In this document: positions 12,985 through 28,443 of the stretch, piece after piece
How the letters are laid out: each line of letters begins with the position of its first letter
How positions within the stretch are numbered: the stretch's first letter is position 1
Source: the human T2T-CHM13v2.0 reference genome, Homo sapiens
DNA: 64,000 bases
Assembly: GCF_009914755.1 (NCBI RefSeq)
Contig: NC_060940.1
Reading direction: 5' to 3' (one strand)
Notes under the pieces: generated by a model
The model's input: only the letters and a program-made list of their open reading frames with translations
Databases searched by the model: none
What the model was told of the DNA's origin: nothing
Translations under genes and position numbers: made by a program

Positions 12985-14731
12985 ACAAGATTTTGTTTTT
13001 GGGCTCTGCTTAGCTCCAACATGAGGCTGGGCTGGGTCTGAGGGGGGCTATTTCGTTCCAGCTTAAATCCATCCTGCCCCAAAGTAGCAGCCACCCGTGA
13101 TCAGAGGGCTTGGCCCTGGTTTCAGGTTCTCCTTTCAGAAAAATGATCTCTTTCTGCCTTTCAGCAGATGACTTCACCTATGGTGGCTGCATTCTTTGTT
13201 TCCTTGGGTCAATGCCACTGGTGGCTCCATTGGGTGTGTGTCAAGAAGACACACGGCAAGTCTGTCCACTGTGCGCATTGAAGTTTATCCATGCTGTCAG
13301 CATCTTGCAGACCATAGGGCGAATCCAGGCTCCACCACTCATTGGCTGTGTGCCCTTAGGCAAGTTACTTAACCTCTCTGGGCTTAGCTTCCTCATCTGT
13401 AAAATGGGAATGACACATAGCACTGACACTGCGGGATTACTGTGAGGATTGGATGAGATAATATATGTAAAGGGCTTGGCCCTAAGTGCTCCGTTGTTCT
13501 TGTTTTGTGACTGTGTGTGGATGTGTGGTTGAGTTCTCTGTGGACAGAAGCTATAGGATTAGCTTTGAATTTCTACCCGTCTTCTGGGGCTGCCTGGAGG
13601 AAGGTCCTCTCTGGTAGATGGGCTCTGGGACGCCAGTCCGGGGCAGCACCGGGTCTCTGTCCCACCCATTATTTTCCTCTGTTCCGTTTCTCTGTCAGGA
13701 CCCCGAGGCTGAGGACGTGTCCTTTTCCACGTCCCATCCCACTTTCTTGCAGGCCCGAGACCAGATGAGAACCTGGAGGGAATAAAATGGGAAATGAGAA
13801 TTCGTTGTGTGGCACGTGGTCCATGAACGCTCTTTACCAAAAGTGACTCAGAGCATAGAAATCATCCACATTTGGTTTCCAAAGCCAGGCTGGGCCTTTC
13901 CAGAATTTGTGTCCCCTAATAGGTAGCGGGACAGCTGGACTTTGGCTTCATTTGGGACAGATGCTGCAGCTGGCCTCTCTGGGCTCCAGGTCATCCTGTC
14001 CCTACCTCTTCCTGAGCTTCCAAACCGGCCAGCAGACTTGACTGCCCTCTGCCTTCCCTTCCCAGAGCACAGCGGCAGTTGCCTGGGTGCTGGCGGCCTC
14101 CTGACCTCCCGAGGACTTTGGCATTGGAGACTCATCTTGACGTGGTCCACTGTCTGAACGAGCAGATGCCAAGATCCCATGCTCAAACTGAGCAATGAGA
14201 GTGAGCCCAAAGTGAGGCGTGTTCTGATTTCCAAGATAAAGTCCAGACTTGGCCGAGCTGTGGCCAAGCCCAGTCCTGCCTTTTCCTCCAGCCAAGCCTT
14301 GGCTTCTGCTGCGTCACCCCGGCGTCTAATCAACGATGCTTGCTTTCCGTGCAATTATTTGAACTTGCTTTTCAAAAGACCCAGTTTGAATCCAGCCAAC
14401 GGACTTGTGCCTTAGCCCCATGATATAACCTGATGACGTTCGGTGGAATAATGACCGTTCATCACAGCCACCACTGCTTGAAGGCGTGCTGTGTTTTATG
14501 AGTTTTACGAGAGTTCTTCTCTGGAGTGGGTGAGGCTGGTTTCCAGCTCTCAGGGCTGGGCCTGCCATATTGGTTGTTTATGTCTGGGGTGTTTGGATCG
14601 GCTGATGTCTGCTCGACATGGGTTGTTAGATATTTTGAACATCACCCCTGTAGGTAGGTAAATGTCATCATCCCATTTCACAGAAGTGGAAAATAGAGGC
14701 TTACAGCAACTAAACAAGCTTCCCAGTCTCA

Positions 14732-15134
<403 letters not shown>

Positions 15135-15597
15135 TAGAAAGTAGAAGAGCTGGTATTTGACCCCCGGAGCAGCCAAACTCCACTTCAAGTTCATGAACTG
15201 AGGGAGCAATGTTCCCCTCTCATGCCAGTGACCCCCATTTCTTGTGGCCTCAGCGGCTTGGCCGGGCATGATGTCCGTTCTCTCCTAACTATGTGCCGAT
15301 TGCCAGTGGTTTTGGGATTGCAGCTGCTGGATACAGAGGCGCTCTGGGAAGTCTGGGGAAAAGCGGCCAACGCTGTCTTATTTGGGGTCTTTGTTTTAAG
15401 GAAACAGGCTGGCAGAGTTAACTTTGAGACAAAACTTGATATGTCAGCAGCCAGCTGAAACACAAAAGCCAAGGACCACACTGGCAGATGGTGGATTTAA
15501 CCGAGAATCACACCAGAGTGACGTCAAATTCATTACAAAAGCCTCGCGTGGGCCCCTGAGAGCGTAGGAAGAGTGTACAGTGATGAACTGCATGATC

Positions 15598-16738
15598 TCA
15601 GGGGTGAGCTGGGGTCCCCCACAAACAGCTGAGACAAGGACTTGGGTGCAGGTTGCTTACTGGTTCGGGGTGAGGGGTGCCTCCTGGAAGCCTGTGGTCT
15701 ACAAAGTAATGGTCCCCAATGATGTTCACGGTCCTAATCCCTGGAACCTAGGAATAAGTGGCCTCATGTGGGAAAAGGGACCTCGTGGATATGATTAGCT
15801 ACAGATTTAACATGGTGGAAATTATCCTGGAGTATTCGAATGGGCCCAGTGTAGTTACAGTCATCCCTTGGTATCCAAGGGCCGTTGGCTCCAGGACTCC
15901 CGTGGATAGCAAAATCTACAGATGCTCAGGTCCTTCATATAAAACGGCAGAGCATTCGCATACAACATACGCACTGCCTCCTGTATACTTTAAATCATCT
16001 CTGGATTACTTATAATTCCTAATACAATGTGCATGCTATGTAAGTCGCTGCTTTACTGTGTTGTTTAGGGAATAATGACAAGGAAGAAGAGTCTGCACAT
16101 GTTCAGCACAGATGGAATCATTCATTTTTTTTTCCAAATATTTTCGATCTGTAGTTGGTTGAATCTGTGAGTTCAGAGCCTGCAGATACGGGGCCCTTAG
16201 AAGGCGGAAGAGGGAGAAACCTGGGAAGAGGCTGCACTGCTGACTTTGCAGGTGGAGGGAGGGGCCGGGGCCAAGGAGTGCAGGCAGCATCTAGAAGCTG
16301 GAAAAGGCCAGGAAATGGGTTCCCCAGAGCCCCCCAAGAGGAACCAGCTCTGCCCACAGCTTGAATTTAGGACTTCTGACTTTCAGAATTGTTGGATAGT
16401 AAGTTTATGTGGCTTTAAGTCACAAAGTTTGTGGTAACCTGTAACAGCGGCTGCAGGAAACTGACGAGGCAGGGAGGCAGGCAATAAAGGGTTACCTAAT
16501 ACAGGTGATTGATAAATGGCCGGGCTGCCGCATGGGCACCTGACATCATTGCAGAATCACCTCACCGTGGACAGGACAGCTGACACCTTCACCCGCAGAG
16601 ATACCAGTCATTGCTAGAAGGTTCCCCCATACTCCAGGCTTCTGATTGGGGGTCTTAGCAATTCCACCAGTGCAGGCTGAGAAGCAGCAGTGCAGACCCA
16701 GCCGCAGGAGCACAGGTGGCTCTGGACGGGGCACCAGC
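15598..16738. mobile_element. Three-level nest: LTR33-like ERVL LTR containing MLT1D (15693-16467), which contains MER2 (15858-16193)
   Basis: LTR33-like CTGAGACAAGGACTTGGGTGCAGG ... GCAATAAAGGG; MLT1D GGCAGCATCTAGAAGCTGGAAAAGGCCAGGAAA; MER2 TA-CAGTCATCCCTTGGTATCC ... AAATCATCTCTGGATTACTTATAAT. Confidence 0.75.
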
Positions 16739-17565
16739 CTAACTTCCTCCATGCACCGCCTTCCCTGTTCCTGCCCTGCCTTTTCTCCCCCTGTACCATT
16801 TCACTAATACTTTTCTTTAACTGGAGTTGCTTTATATTAAAGGAAACTCAGCCCCAATCATCATAATTCCCCGAAATGATGGGTTTGATACTTTTGTTAC
16901 ACATTTTTCTAATAAATGTTAAAATAAATACATTAATGGTGAAAATACCAAGTTTGCGCATTGACCAGTCATCTCCTGTGACCACCCAAGGATCACTGCC
17001 GTGAACTTCTGGAAACACTGCACTATTTCATCTGGCCACAACAACAACCATTTTGTGCTGGGGAACTGAGGTTCAGAGAGGCTCAGTGGCTCTCCTAAGG
17101 CCACACAGTAAGTAACTGAGCCAGTAGATTTCTCAGTCTTCAAAGCTTATGATCTTTCTACCATTCCACCTTCTGCCTAATAATAATAATAAAAATATTA
17201 ATAACCATGCCGAGGTCCCTTGCTGTGTGCCAGGCCATGTTTCGCGAGCTCTACACACGGGAACTGATCAAATCCTTGCCACAAACACTGTGGTTACCAT
17301 TATCCTTGCTTAATTATATTATTAAATTATATGAGTATATGTTATTTTATTTATACTGATGACAGGTGCCATTATTATCTCCGTTTTTCAGAGAGGAAGC
17401 AAAGGCACAGAGGGTTTAAGCCTCTTGCCCGTGGTCACACAGCACGGCTGGCTTCTGCAGGGTTTCAGGCCAAGCCTCTGCCCCCTGAGATGCAGAATTC
17501 TGAGAAGTGGCTCTAAATTTACTGTGCTCAGGAGGTGACCTTGGTTCTCTGTTGAAGGCAAATGA

Positions 17566-18070
<505 letters not shown>

Positions 18071-19189
18071 TGGGATGAGCATTTTTGCATATGGGTTCTT
18101 GTGAATGTCCGTAAGCATTTTTGTTGCATGTGTACCCAGAGTTGCAATTGCTGGGACCCAGGGCAGGCAGAGGCTCAGCATTCATAAAAGCTGCTGCACA
18201 TCTCCTGGCAGTTTGTAAAGACCCTTTTGCCCCCAAACCATCATCCTGTGACCCATCTGATTCACACGCGGTGAGGATGACTGTTGACATATTCTTTTTT
18301 GGAGCAGGTTTTGATGGGATGAAGGTGGAGACAGTGAGAGGGTCAAGCTTTTAAAGGATGGCAGGGAAAAAATATCAAAGAGAGAGAAGTGGGGCATGGG
18401 CTGTTTCACTGCACTTTGCCCTGGGATGGTGAGTGTGGCATGCAATCTGCAGCAGGAGGCGTGGATGGACAGCTGATGTTTGGAGGGCTGGGCATCAGCA
18501 GGGGTCAAGAGCTGCTGCCCCTTGATGTCCCATGGTGCAATGGGAGGATGGGAGGAGAGGGAAGCAGGTGTCTCCGTGGAGACCCTAAGCCCACACAGTG
18601 AGGGATATGCAGATGCTCGTGCACCACGGGTGCGTTCTCTCCACAGGCAGTGGGCTGATATTAATTTGTATGCACCAAAATAAAAACGGCCAGCTCCCAC
18701 ACTGACCATGGGGGTCAGTGCAAGCCTGACCACCAGGAAGTGAGGAATTTCTATCCAAAGGGGGCCTTGTCATGACTGGGTTATCAGAGCTGGCAGCGAT
18801 GGCCTGGGGCTGCTGATGGACAGGAATGATGTGTCACCTGACAGACCACAGGTGTCCGAGGAGGAGGCAGGGACCCTGTGAGAAGGAAGCTCTGTCCAGA
18901 CGCTGAGGGGCTGTCCAGTCACCTCCCACTCCCCGCCTGCTCCATGCAATGCTGACTCTTCTGGGGAAACAGTTTGGGGAATAGTTCTTGTGTCTTTTTA
19001 AAAATTCACAATTATTTTTATTGCTCTTTTCTTGTTATAAAGGATATTTATATAAGTAGAGATAAGAGAAAGGAACGGAAATGGAATGTAAGCCATCCAC
19101 ACAGAGCAGTGAGTGTGGGTCCCTGGATCATATTGCAGGGGTGGAGGGTTTCTGTGCAGGCACATGTGGGGGTCAGGCATTTGCAGCCC

Positions 19190-19630
19190 CGCCCATACTT
19201 TCTCAGCATTCAAGGCTCCTGAACAAGCTGATGGTTTCCCACCCCAACGTATGTGAGAATCCATGCCAGAGACTTTCTCTGACCATGGGAAAATGCTCAG
19301 TCCACCTACAGGGCGGGCCAGAAAGGGCAGGGAACAAAGGCCTTGGAGTCTCTCAGGATTGGTGACAGATGGGGGCTGGTGGGTCAGCACCCCAGCTCTC
19401 TCTCGCATTGGGAGGATGCCTTGGGGGCGAGCTCTCCACCACTCCCAGAGCTCTCTGGGGGGACTGAGCCCACTTGCCATGAAGCCCCTGCTCTGTGAGG
19501 TCCCTGTGCTGTGGCCCTCCTCCCCGACCTTGCCTCTCCACTTCACTGCTGCTCTGGTCATCCCCCAAATCAACTCTCATGCTCAAATCCTTGTCTCAGG
19601 GTCTGCTTGTGGGGGGCCGGGCATAAGCCC
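19190..19630 (+). mobile_element. ERVL LTR (LTR16-like)
   Basis: End motif CTCAAATCCTTGTCTCAGGGTCTGCTT...GGGGG; CACCCCAGCTCTCTC. Confidence 0.65.
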
Positions 19631-20150
19631 AGCCATGCTGTCTTGGGACTCTGGAGCCAGACACAATTGGAGTGCAGTCCCAACTCTGCACTGACCAGCC
19701 CAGTGGCGTAACTGGGACTAGTGGCTTCCTTGAGCTTCGGCTTCCTCCCCAGTGAGATGAGCCTCCTGCGACCTGCACCATTTTGTTTTGAGGAAATCTT
19801 GGCACCAGAATGGCACCTCACATGTCACCTGCATGCATGGCAGCTGGGGCTGACCTCAGTGCCCTGAGCATGCCTCCCTTAGATTGGGTTTATTTGTGTC
19901 CAGACCAGCTTCTCTGGGGGCAAGAACCATGGTTTAAAGTTTAAGTAATTAAAAAAAAAGTCATGCATTTATTTTTGTTAGTGACATATTTATGTAGTTG
20001 TATAATCAATAGGTACACAAAGGGGCTGTGTGGCCCATGATGATGACTGAGGTTTCTTTTGTAGTTGGCTACAATCTGGTTTAAGATCCTTTTCATCTGT
20101 GGGTTCCCCTCTGTTTCTTTTGTCCTGCACTTAATTTTTAAAAATTATGA

Positions 20151-20717
<567 letters not shown>

Positions 20718-22634
20718 TGAGATATTCTTTTCGAATGGAAATCTCTTGGACCCCCAGACCTGTCTGAGGGGTGTCTCCGGAATGTCTATATAAACGATGT
20801 TTGGTGGAGGCGTTTGTTGGGAGGTGGCCTTGAGCGGCATTGCCTTTGAACTTTCCCTAGGCTGCAAAGACGGTGATTATTCATGGGACCAGGCTAATGT
20901 CATAGTGCCCAACCACTTGAGTTCAAAGCCCCTTCTGGGCTCCCTGAATCACTTGAGTTAGTTAATTCGTGTCTCTAGGCCTTGATATCCTTATTGGGCA
21001 TTGGGAATAGTAGCAGTACCCACCTCTTTGGGCTGCTGCCAGTAGTGGTGGGTCATCCATGTGGGTGAAGTGCCTGGCCCTGTGCTGGGTGAGATGCAAG
21101 ACCAGCACCCAGCAGGGGTCTGGGGCCATAAGCAGGAGTAGGGAGTCTGCCCCACGGGGCACCCACCTCCGCCTTGACCCCTTTGCCAGCCTGGTTTTCT
21201 TTCCTCCCAGCCCCCATCGCATGTAGAGCGTGGCTCTGGAGCTGTTAGCCCCCCCAGGCCCCACCCCACTGGGCACTGCCCTGCAGGGAGCACCGGGGAG
21301 GTGCGCCCACCAGCCGGCGCTTGGGAGAGACTCCCTTCTGCTCTCCTAAGCCTTCAGGACGGTGGAAGAAATGAGCAGTGTGGAAAAGGCCTCCGGACTG
21401 CCTCCTGCTTGGAGAAGCCGCATTCCTGAGAACCTGCCCCTGCCTTGGGAATGGGGGTCTCTCTTCCCTGGGAGGCCCCCAGGACAAATGGGTGTCAGCT
21501 CACCTATGCTGCCCGCCACCCACCCAGGCTCCCAGTGACCACCCTGTTCTTCTGTGTAATTCCACGTGTCAGCGCAGAGAAAGCACCACCTCCTCACCAC
21601 TGCTTAGGAGGTAGTGCAGCCCAGTGGGCAAGACTGAGGGTTTTTAAGAAGCTGTGTACTTTGGAGCAATTTCTTTCACCTTTCTGAGCCTCGGTGTTGC
21701 CATGTATAACATGTGATAACAATCCTTACCTCCTAGGGGGTGGCTGAGACGGCCTATTAACACCCTTATCCATTTTCCTTTCCTGTATGTTGTAATCCTC
21801 CCAATTTTAAGCAAAGGAAATGACTGCCCAAAATAAAGACTCCATTTCCCATCCTCCCTTAGAGCTGGGTGTGTCCACGTGACTCTGCCCAGCATCCCTT
21901 CATCCTCCTACCCTCGGGGTGTGCACTGTGGGTGAGGGTGAGCTGCTCAGGGCCTTGCAGATGAGGACACACTCCCAGGGGGACACGCACAGCAAGGCGG
22001 AGGGAGCTGGAGCCCCTGTGGACTTTGCAGATCAGAGCTTGGGCTTCCATGAGCGAGAGAAATGGACTTTTGTTTATTGGAGTCTTGGTTAGACGCGGTT
22101 CAAACCATATAATTTCTAATGCAGATTTTTGAGGTTAAGAGCACGGTTATCATAATTTTACGTGCATCATCTCATTTAATTTTCACAGCCACCCCTCGAG
22201 AGAGGTGGGTACCATTGTTACCTCCATTTTGCAGTTGAAAAACCCCGAGCACTTGCCTGCAGTCACGTCATGAATCAAAAGACAGAAACTTACTAGAAAC
22301 AGGAACTGAGGGTCTCCCCAAAGCAAGTCTTCTGACAACCCAAGATGAGGGTTCCTGCTTCCCAAAGGCAACCAGCCTTTCCCTGAGTATCTCGGGCATT
22401 GATGTGTTTTAACCAACAGCCCTTTGCACAACGTGGCCTTTTAATAAACACTGATTGATTTGTGCTTTTTTGGGAGGGTTGTTGACATGTCAAAAACGGT
22501 GGCTCTTACTAAGATGTGAAACTGGTAACAGCAACTCTGCCTCAACGTCTGATGCGGTTGTAGGTTCCCAGGAAGCCACAGGCCTCAGGACTCCAGGTTG
22601 CTCAAAGGCTGGTGTCTTCCTGAAGGAGGGCTGT

Positions 22635-22693
22635 TTTCGCGCCCAACATGGCGGTGGGGTCTGGAGAGCACACCTCTGCCTCTCCTCCGGAAG
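22635..22693 (+). promoter_or_regulatory. Cluster of E2F, YY1 and ETS motifs
   Basis: TTTCGCGC (22635-22642), CAACATGGCGG (22644-22654), CCGGAAG (22687-22693). Confidence 0.35.
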
Positions 22694-24616
22694 AAACCTA
22701 TCCTTCCTTGGAAAGAGCAACAGCATTTCAGCTGGGAATAACATAAGGCTCTGCTACGAGAAAGTGCTTTCACTGACAACTCTCACAAGAAACTCTTGCC
22801 TGTCTGTCTTGACTGTCCGCTGCCTAAAACTTGGTGGTTTTACGGGCAGAGTGAAGGATGTGGCTCACACGACTCGGTGGGCCAAGAGGGAGGTATGAGT
22901 GATCAGAGAGTCCCGGGTGGAGGGAAGAAGAACCCAGGTGCCTTTTCACAGCGTAGGGACAAGGAGGGCGCAGGGAAGGACCCAACCTGGCCCAGCGGTC
23001 TCCCTCGGCGGGCCATGCCCGGCCCTATCCTTCCGCCGCGTCTGCGCCTCCTTTCCCATTGTGTTTGGCTCCCTGGCACCGGATGGACCCGGCTTGGCCA
23101 CCATGTTCTGAACAGGCGTTCTCACATTTTTCTTCCAAGATGGGCTCAAACATAAACAGCCCCGGATGGTGGGCATCCGGACTCCGGGGGCCCATTGGCT
23201 CTATCCGGTGTTTGTCACTTCCCCGGAGACTGCTGGCGGTGAAGGGTGGGGTTTGAGACAGGCATTCATGTGTCCGAGGAGCGGCCAGGACAAATGGGTA
23301 TGTCGGGAGGTCGGGATCAGAGAGCCCGATGTTTATGCTGCTGGGCCCTGGGACGCGCCCATGTTGGTTGACTCCACCATATGAAGTCTGTTCTGTTTTG
23401 CTTCACAGGAAGCTTGCAGCTTGGAAGTGTGTCCAGCGTAAGGCTTCCTAATCACTCTACTGTTTCTGGCTGCCTTTGAGGATTTTGGCAGGAGAGAAAC
23501 CATTGCTCTACATTTCCCAGGAAATAGTGGGGTCTGAGGTGTCTGGTGCTTGACTCGGACCAAGATGAGCCGAGGGGGTGGCGGTTGGCAGGTCTCATCC
23601 AAGATAGCTTTGTCTGTGTCTCAGCCGCTTTGGAACTGGAGGGGATCCCGATAGAGACTTAACACAGTGTTAGTAAGAGGCAAATGTCTGGCCGTGTGAT
23701 CCTGGGCGACTTCCTGGGAACTAGACTTGCCAAGTTCCAAGCTTTAAACGTTGGCTGGGTCAAGGCACAAATGCACCTGTGTGTGCACGTGGGCACAGAT
23801 GTGTATGAACGTGTGTGAAGCCCCAGAAAGGACCCCTGGGGTGCTCATTTTTTACCCCCAAGGGAACCAGTCTTGAAAATGAGCAGGCGGGCACTGGGAA
23901 GCCCCTCCGAGGGTTGGTGTAATCGGTGGGGGTGAGCCGGCTTCCCAAGGCCATCCATCACACAGAGGGCTGGCGGTATGTTAGCATCGCCTCAGCAAGA
24001 GATAGCGGGGGAAAAATGGCCTGGACGGACGATGTGCTTATCTGGCCTGGTGTCTGCGAGGCCTGTCGAAAGGGGATAGGTCCATTCATCAAGCCAGCAG
24101 GGGTTACCCCTAGCTGGGGCCCCACAGCACCTCTCACTCCTCTCTGGCCTCCACGTTCTGAACCCACCTGGTCGCCCCACATCTTTTTCATAGACTTGAC
24201 AAGACTATGTCGTCCAAAGTGGTGATACATGAGGCTTATCTGTGGTGTGTTACAACAGGAGATGCAGATTTTTCTTTGTTTACAGTTTCCAATTCTATGA
24301 GCTTGGATGAGTTATACAATTAAACAAAGCAAAGCAATATTGTCTTCTAAGCTAACCTGTGGTTGCAGAGGGAACTCCCAGTCAGGCCATGGACAAGATG
24401 TTCGTCATCACTGTTATGTGAGACTTCTGTTGTGTCCAAATAAGTTTTTGCATCACATTCCGTGTTGAGATGGGCGTCCTCAGTGTACAGAGTTGCTTGC
24501 TGGTCAATGTGAGGACAGATTGCCAAGATGCAGGGTTGCTATGTCGCACTTTCAACTGACCCCAGATGACAAATGAAACTCCAGGGGCTAATTCTAGACA
24601 AAGGAATTTCAGCAGC

Positions 24617-26157
24617 CCCAGGTGACTTTCAGCAGCTCCCCAACCCCCATCTCGCACCACTCCCCAACCCCCCACCCCTCCCACCCCGCCCCCCACCCCA
24701 GGATGTGACTTTCATTTTCATGCCTAAGAGATTCAGGGCCCTGTACCCACTTCCTGGGGACCATGTGCTGTGGCCCTGCCCCTGGGTCTGCTCGCTTAAG
24801 GCAGGTAGGTGAGGGATTTCTGGCATGCCATGGCTAAGGGGACCCAGCATCCCTCCAGCTCGCTCTTTGAGCATCTCCCAGTGCCCGGTGTAGCCAGCTG
24901 AGCAAGGCAAGGCGGGAGCAATGGACGTAAGGGCAGGCAGAGCTGAGGCTCCCACAGGGGTGCCCCAGGGTCTCTGGACCCTCCCTGGATGCGCTCCGCC
25001 CCTGAAAGCTGCCTGGCTTACCTGCAGCCTGGGAGTGGCCTCTGGCCACTGACACATCTGTACTCAGAGAGGCTGCCGGCTGACACTCCCGCTCAGATGG
25101 TCTTTGTTGGACATTATCTTCTAGGTGGGGGATGGGGGGGATGGGGAATGCCCAGGGGACCAGACGGCCCCTGTCAGTTGCCCTGTGGGTGACCTCCACC
25201 TGCCTCAAGGAGGTGATCCTCATTAGCCAGGTAGATGATAACAAGAATGGCAATAATAAATAGCAGAAGTGGAAGACCTACCACTGTGTGCCAGGCCATG
25301 TATGGATGTCATTCTCTGCAACACCCCTGTCAGGGCAGGTGTCCCTGAGCCTGCGCTGCAGCCGAGGGATCCCAGGCTCTGAGCAGGGTAACCATACCCC
25401 AGCTCCGTGTGCAGCTCAGTGTTGGCCCCTGAGCCCGGGCTGTGCCTCCTGCTCTTTGGCCCAGCTCATTCAATCTCCATGGTTGCCGGGAGGGAGGGCC
25501 TATTGTGATGCCCGTTTTGCAGACAGGCATGGGGTGACTCGCGTTTACAGGTGAGGAAATGGGCTCAGATTGGGGGAGACGCTGGCAGCTGGAACTGGGA
25601 GCCCTGTTCCTGCAACACAAACTCACAGGGAAGCCAGACGCAGGGGCCAGAGGCCCGAGGGGGAGCTGGGCTGGGAGGGTCTGGATTTGGCTCTCTTGCC
25701 TTCCCAGTGAGGGGATTCAGGGGGATCTCGACCACACCCCCAGGGAGAGCAGGGGATGTTATTGACGGAACCATTCCTACCTGTTAACTATGTGCTGCGT
25801 GCTGCTAGGAGCATCATCTCCCCATGTTCCCTCCACAGTCCTCTTCTCAGCCCCATCTTATAGATGAGGGAACTGAGGCCAAGAGAGAATGCGTGACTTT
25901 GCCAGTGTTGCTCAGCTAGGAAGAGATGGAGCTGGGATTTGAACCCAGGCCCAGGTGACTCTGCAGCCCCCCAGGGAAGGTTGTTGCTCCCTGGCCAGGA
26001 AGCACCGTCTGCACTCACAGGTCACTTCCCAGGTGACTTTCAGCAGCCTCCACCGAGACATGACTTTCATTTTCATGCCTAAGAGATTCAGGGCCCTGTA
26101 CCCACTTCCTGGGGACCATGTGCTATGGCCCTGCCCCTGGGGACTCTCCCTTAAGGC
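24617..26157 (+). repeat. Dispersed direct duplication: 24706-24786 matches 26061-26141 (80/81 nt), with a shared upstream 20-mer
   Basis: TGACTTTCATTTTCATGCCTAAGAGATTCAGGGCCCTGTACCCACTTCCTGGGGACCATGTGCTRTGGCCCTGCCCCTGGG twice; CCCAGGTGACTTTCAGCAGC at 24617 and 26028. Confidence 0.96.
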
Positions 26158-27114
26158 CCGTGGGTCCACTTTTGCAATTTGTATTTGAAAAACAGGAACA
26201 AGGCCAGTACCCTGGTTGTTCCTCCTCAGGGCTTGGGAGCTTTTCCCAAATGAACGAGAGACTTCTTGGGTGGGTTTGGCTGCTGTCTGCCACGGTGGAG
26301 TCTCTCCTTTAGTCTCTGCCCTAGCCTGTGTTCTTTCCCTGGGTTTCCAGAGCAAAGGCATTTTAGAACACAGTGGTGTCTGTTCTTAGGGGTCTGGTGA
26401 CTGTTTTTTGTTTTTTTTTTGTAGGCAGTGTGGGCTGTCGCTGTGCCCTTCTAACTTGACCCCAGAATGTAGCGTCGTTATCGGGCCATCTCTGCAGCCT
26501 GTGTGAGTCCAGTTGAATTATGTCAGGGAGGTTATCAAGGGACACACGGTAGTTCTGCCAGGGCAGCCGGGTCTTGGGGTTAAAGGGCAAAGGTCAGCAT
26601 CTACCGGGGGCTCCATGTGGGATGGATTAAGTTGCCACCATGCTTGGGTGGCGGGTGGCCCGAGGGAGGACTCAGCCACTCCTAGGCCAGACCCTGTTGA
26701 AGTCACCTTGGTGTGAACCACAGGGCTCAGATCTCTAAGAATTGACTCAGTTTTTCTCTGGGAGGAAAAATCCAGTAGGCTCTTTGGAATCAGGATGGAT
26801 GCTTACAGGGGAACAGTGTCTGTGGGAGTGGAGGGTCTTGGTTTCTGTGTGTGGTGGCTCCAGGCTTGGAGTGGGAAGGGGTGGGTGAACTCCTCAGCCA
26901 GAGCATTCATGGACACACAGTTGAGGACCCTGGGTTCAAGGGGTGGGCTTGAAAGCTGTGAAGCCTGTATGGGCTCTCTAGATCTAAGACATCAGAAACT
27001 CAAGGGGCCCCAGAGAAATAAGAAAAGTCCTATTTCCAATGAACTTTCCAGAACACCACAACCAGAAAATCTAGCTATTGAATGTCAGCAAAGAGGAATT
27101 CTATTTGCATTCTC

Positions 27115-27780
<666 letters not shown>

Positions 27781-28141
27781 CCATTGTCTCCAGGATCAGG
27801 GGCTTTAAAAGCTCATTCAGGGCCAATATTAGTCCGTGAAACAATTTGGATCCCCACCCCCACCAGTATGTGCCAGCCTCAGTTTACAAATCTCCGAGAG
27901 GAGGCCACTCACAGGGCATCTTTAGTAGTTACTGGGAAAGTTACTCAAGGTGTCTCTGGAAGGGCTTGCAGAATGGGCCATTCCCAAATCGGGGCTTGGA
28001 GAAGCCTGCAGAATATGCAAAGAGGCCTCAGCAAGGAGGCAGAGGAGGCCCGGACCGAGGAAGGGAAATGAAGAGATGGTTGTGCCTAGGGTTTTGGAAT
28101 TCCCCGTGGAGTTGGGATTTGCTGTGATTAGACACCATCCT

Positions 28142-28443
28142 GGCCAGGCGTGGTGGCTCACGCCTGTATCCTGGCACTTTGAGAGGCTGGGGTGGGTGGA
28201 TCACTTGAAGTCAGGAGTTCGAGACCAGCCTGGCCAACATGGTGGAACCCCACCTCTATTAAAAATACAAAAAGAAAACAGGCATGGTGGTGGGCTCCTG
28301 TAGTCCCAGCTACTCAGGAGGCTGAGGCAGGAGAATTGCTTGAACCTGGGAGGCAGAGGCTGCAGTGGCTGAGATGGCACCACTACACTCCAGTCTGGGC
28401 GAGTGAGACTCTGTCTCAAAAAAAAAAAAAAAAAAAAAAAAAA
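28142..28443 (+). mobile_element. AluS
   Basis: Full dimer with poly-A; approximate TSD AGACACCATCCT/AGACACTCTCCT. Confidence 0.95.

Larger units (their letters stand above)
11645..13692. repeat. Long inverted repeat: arms 11645-12087 and 13242-13692, spacer 1154 bp
   Basis: Right arm is the reverse complement of the left; a 110-nt sample counted by hand has 9 mismatches; each arm contains a MIR plus non-MIR flank. Confidence 0.95.
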
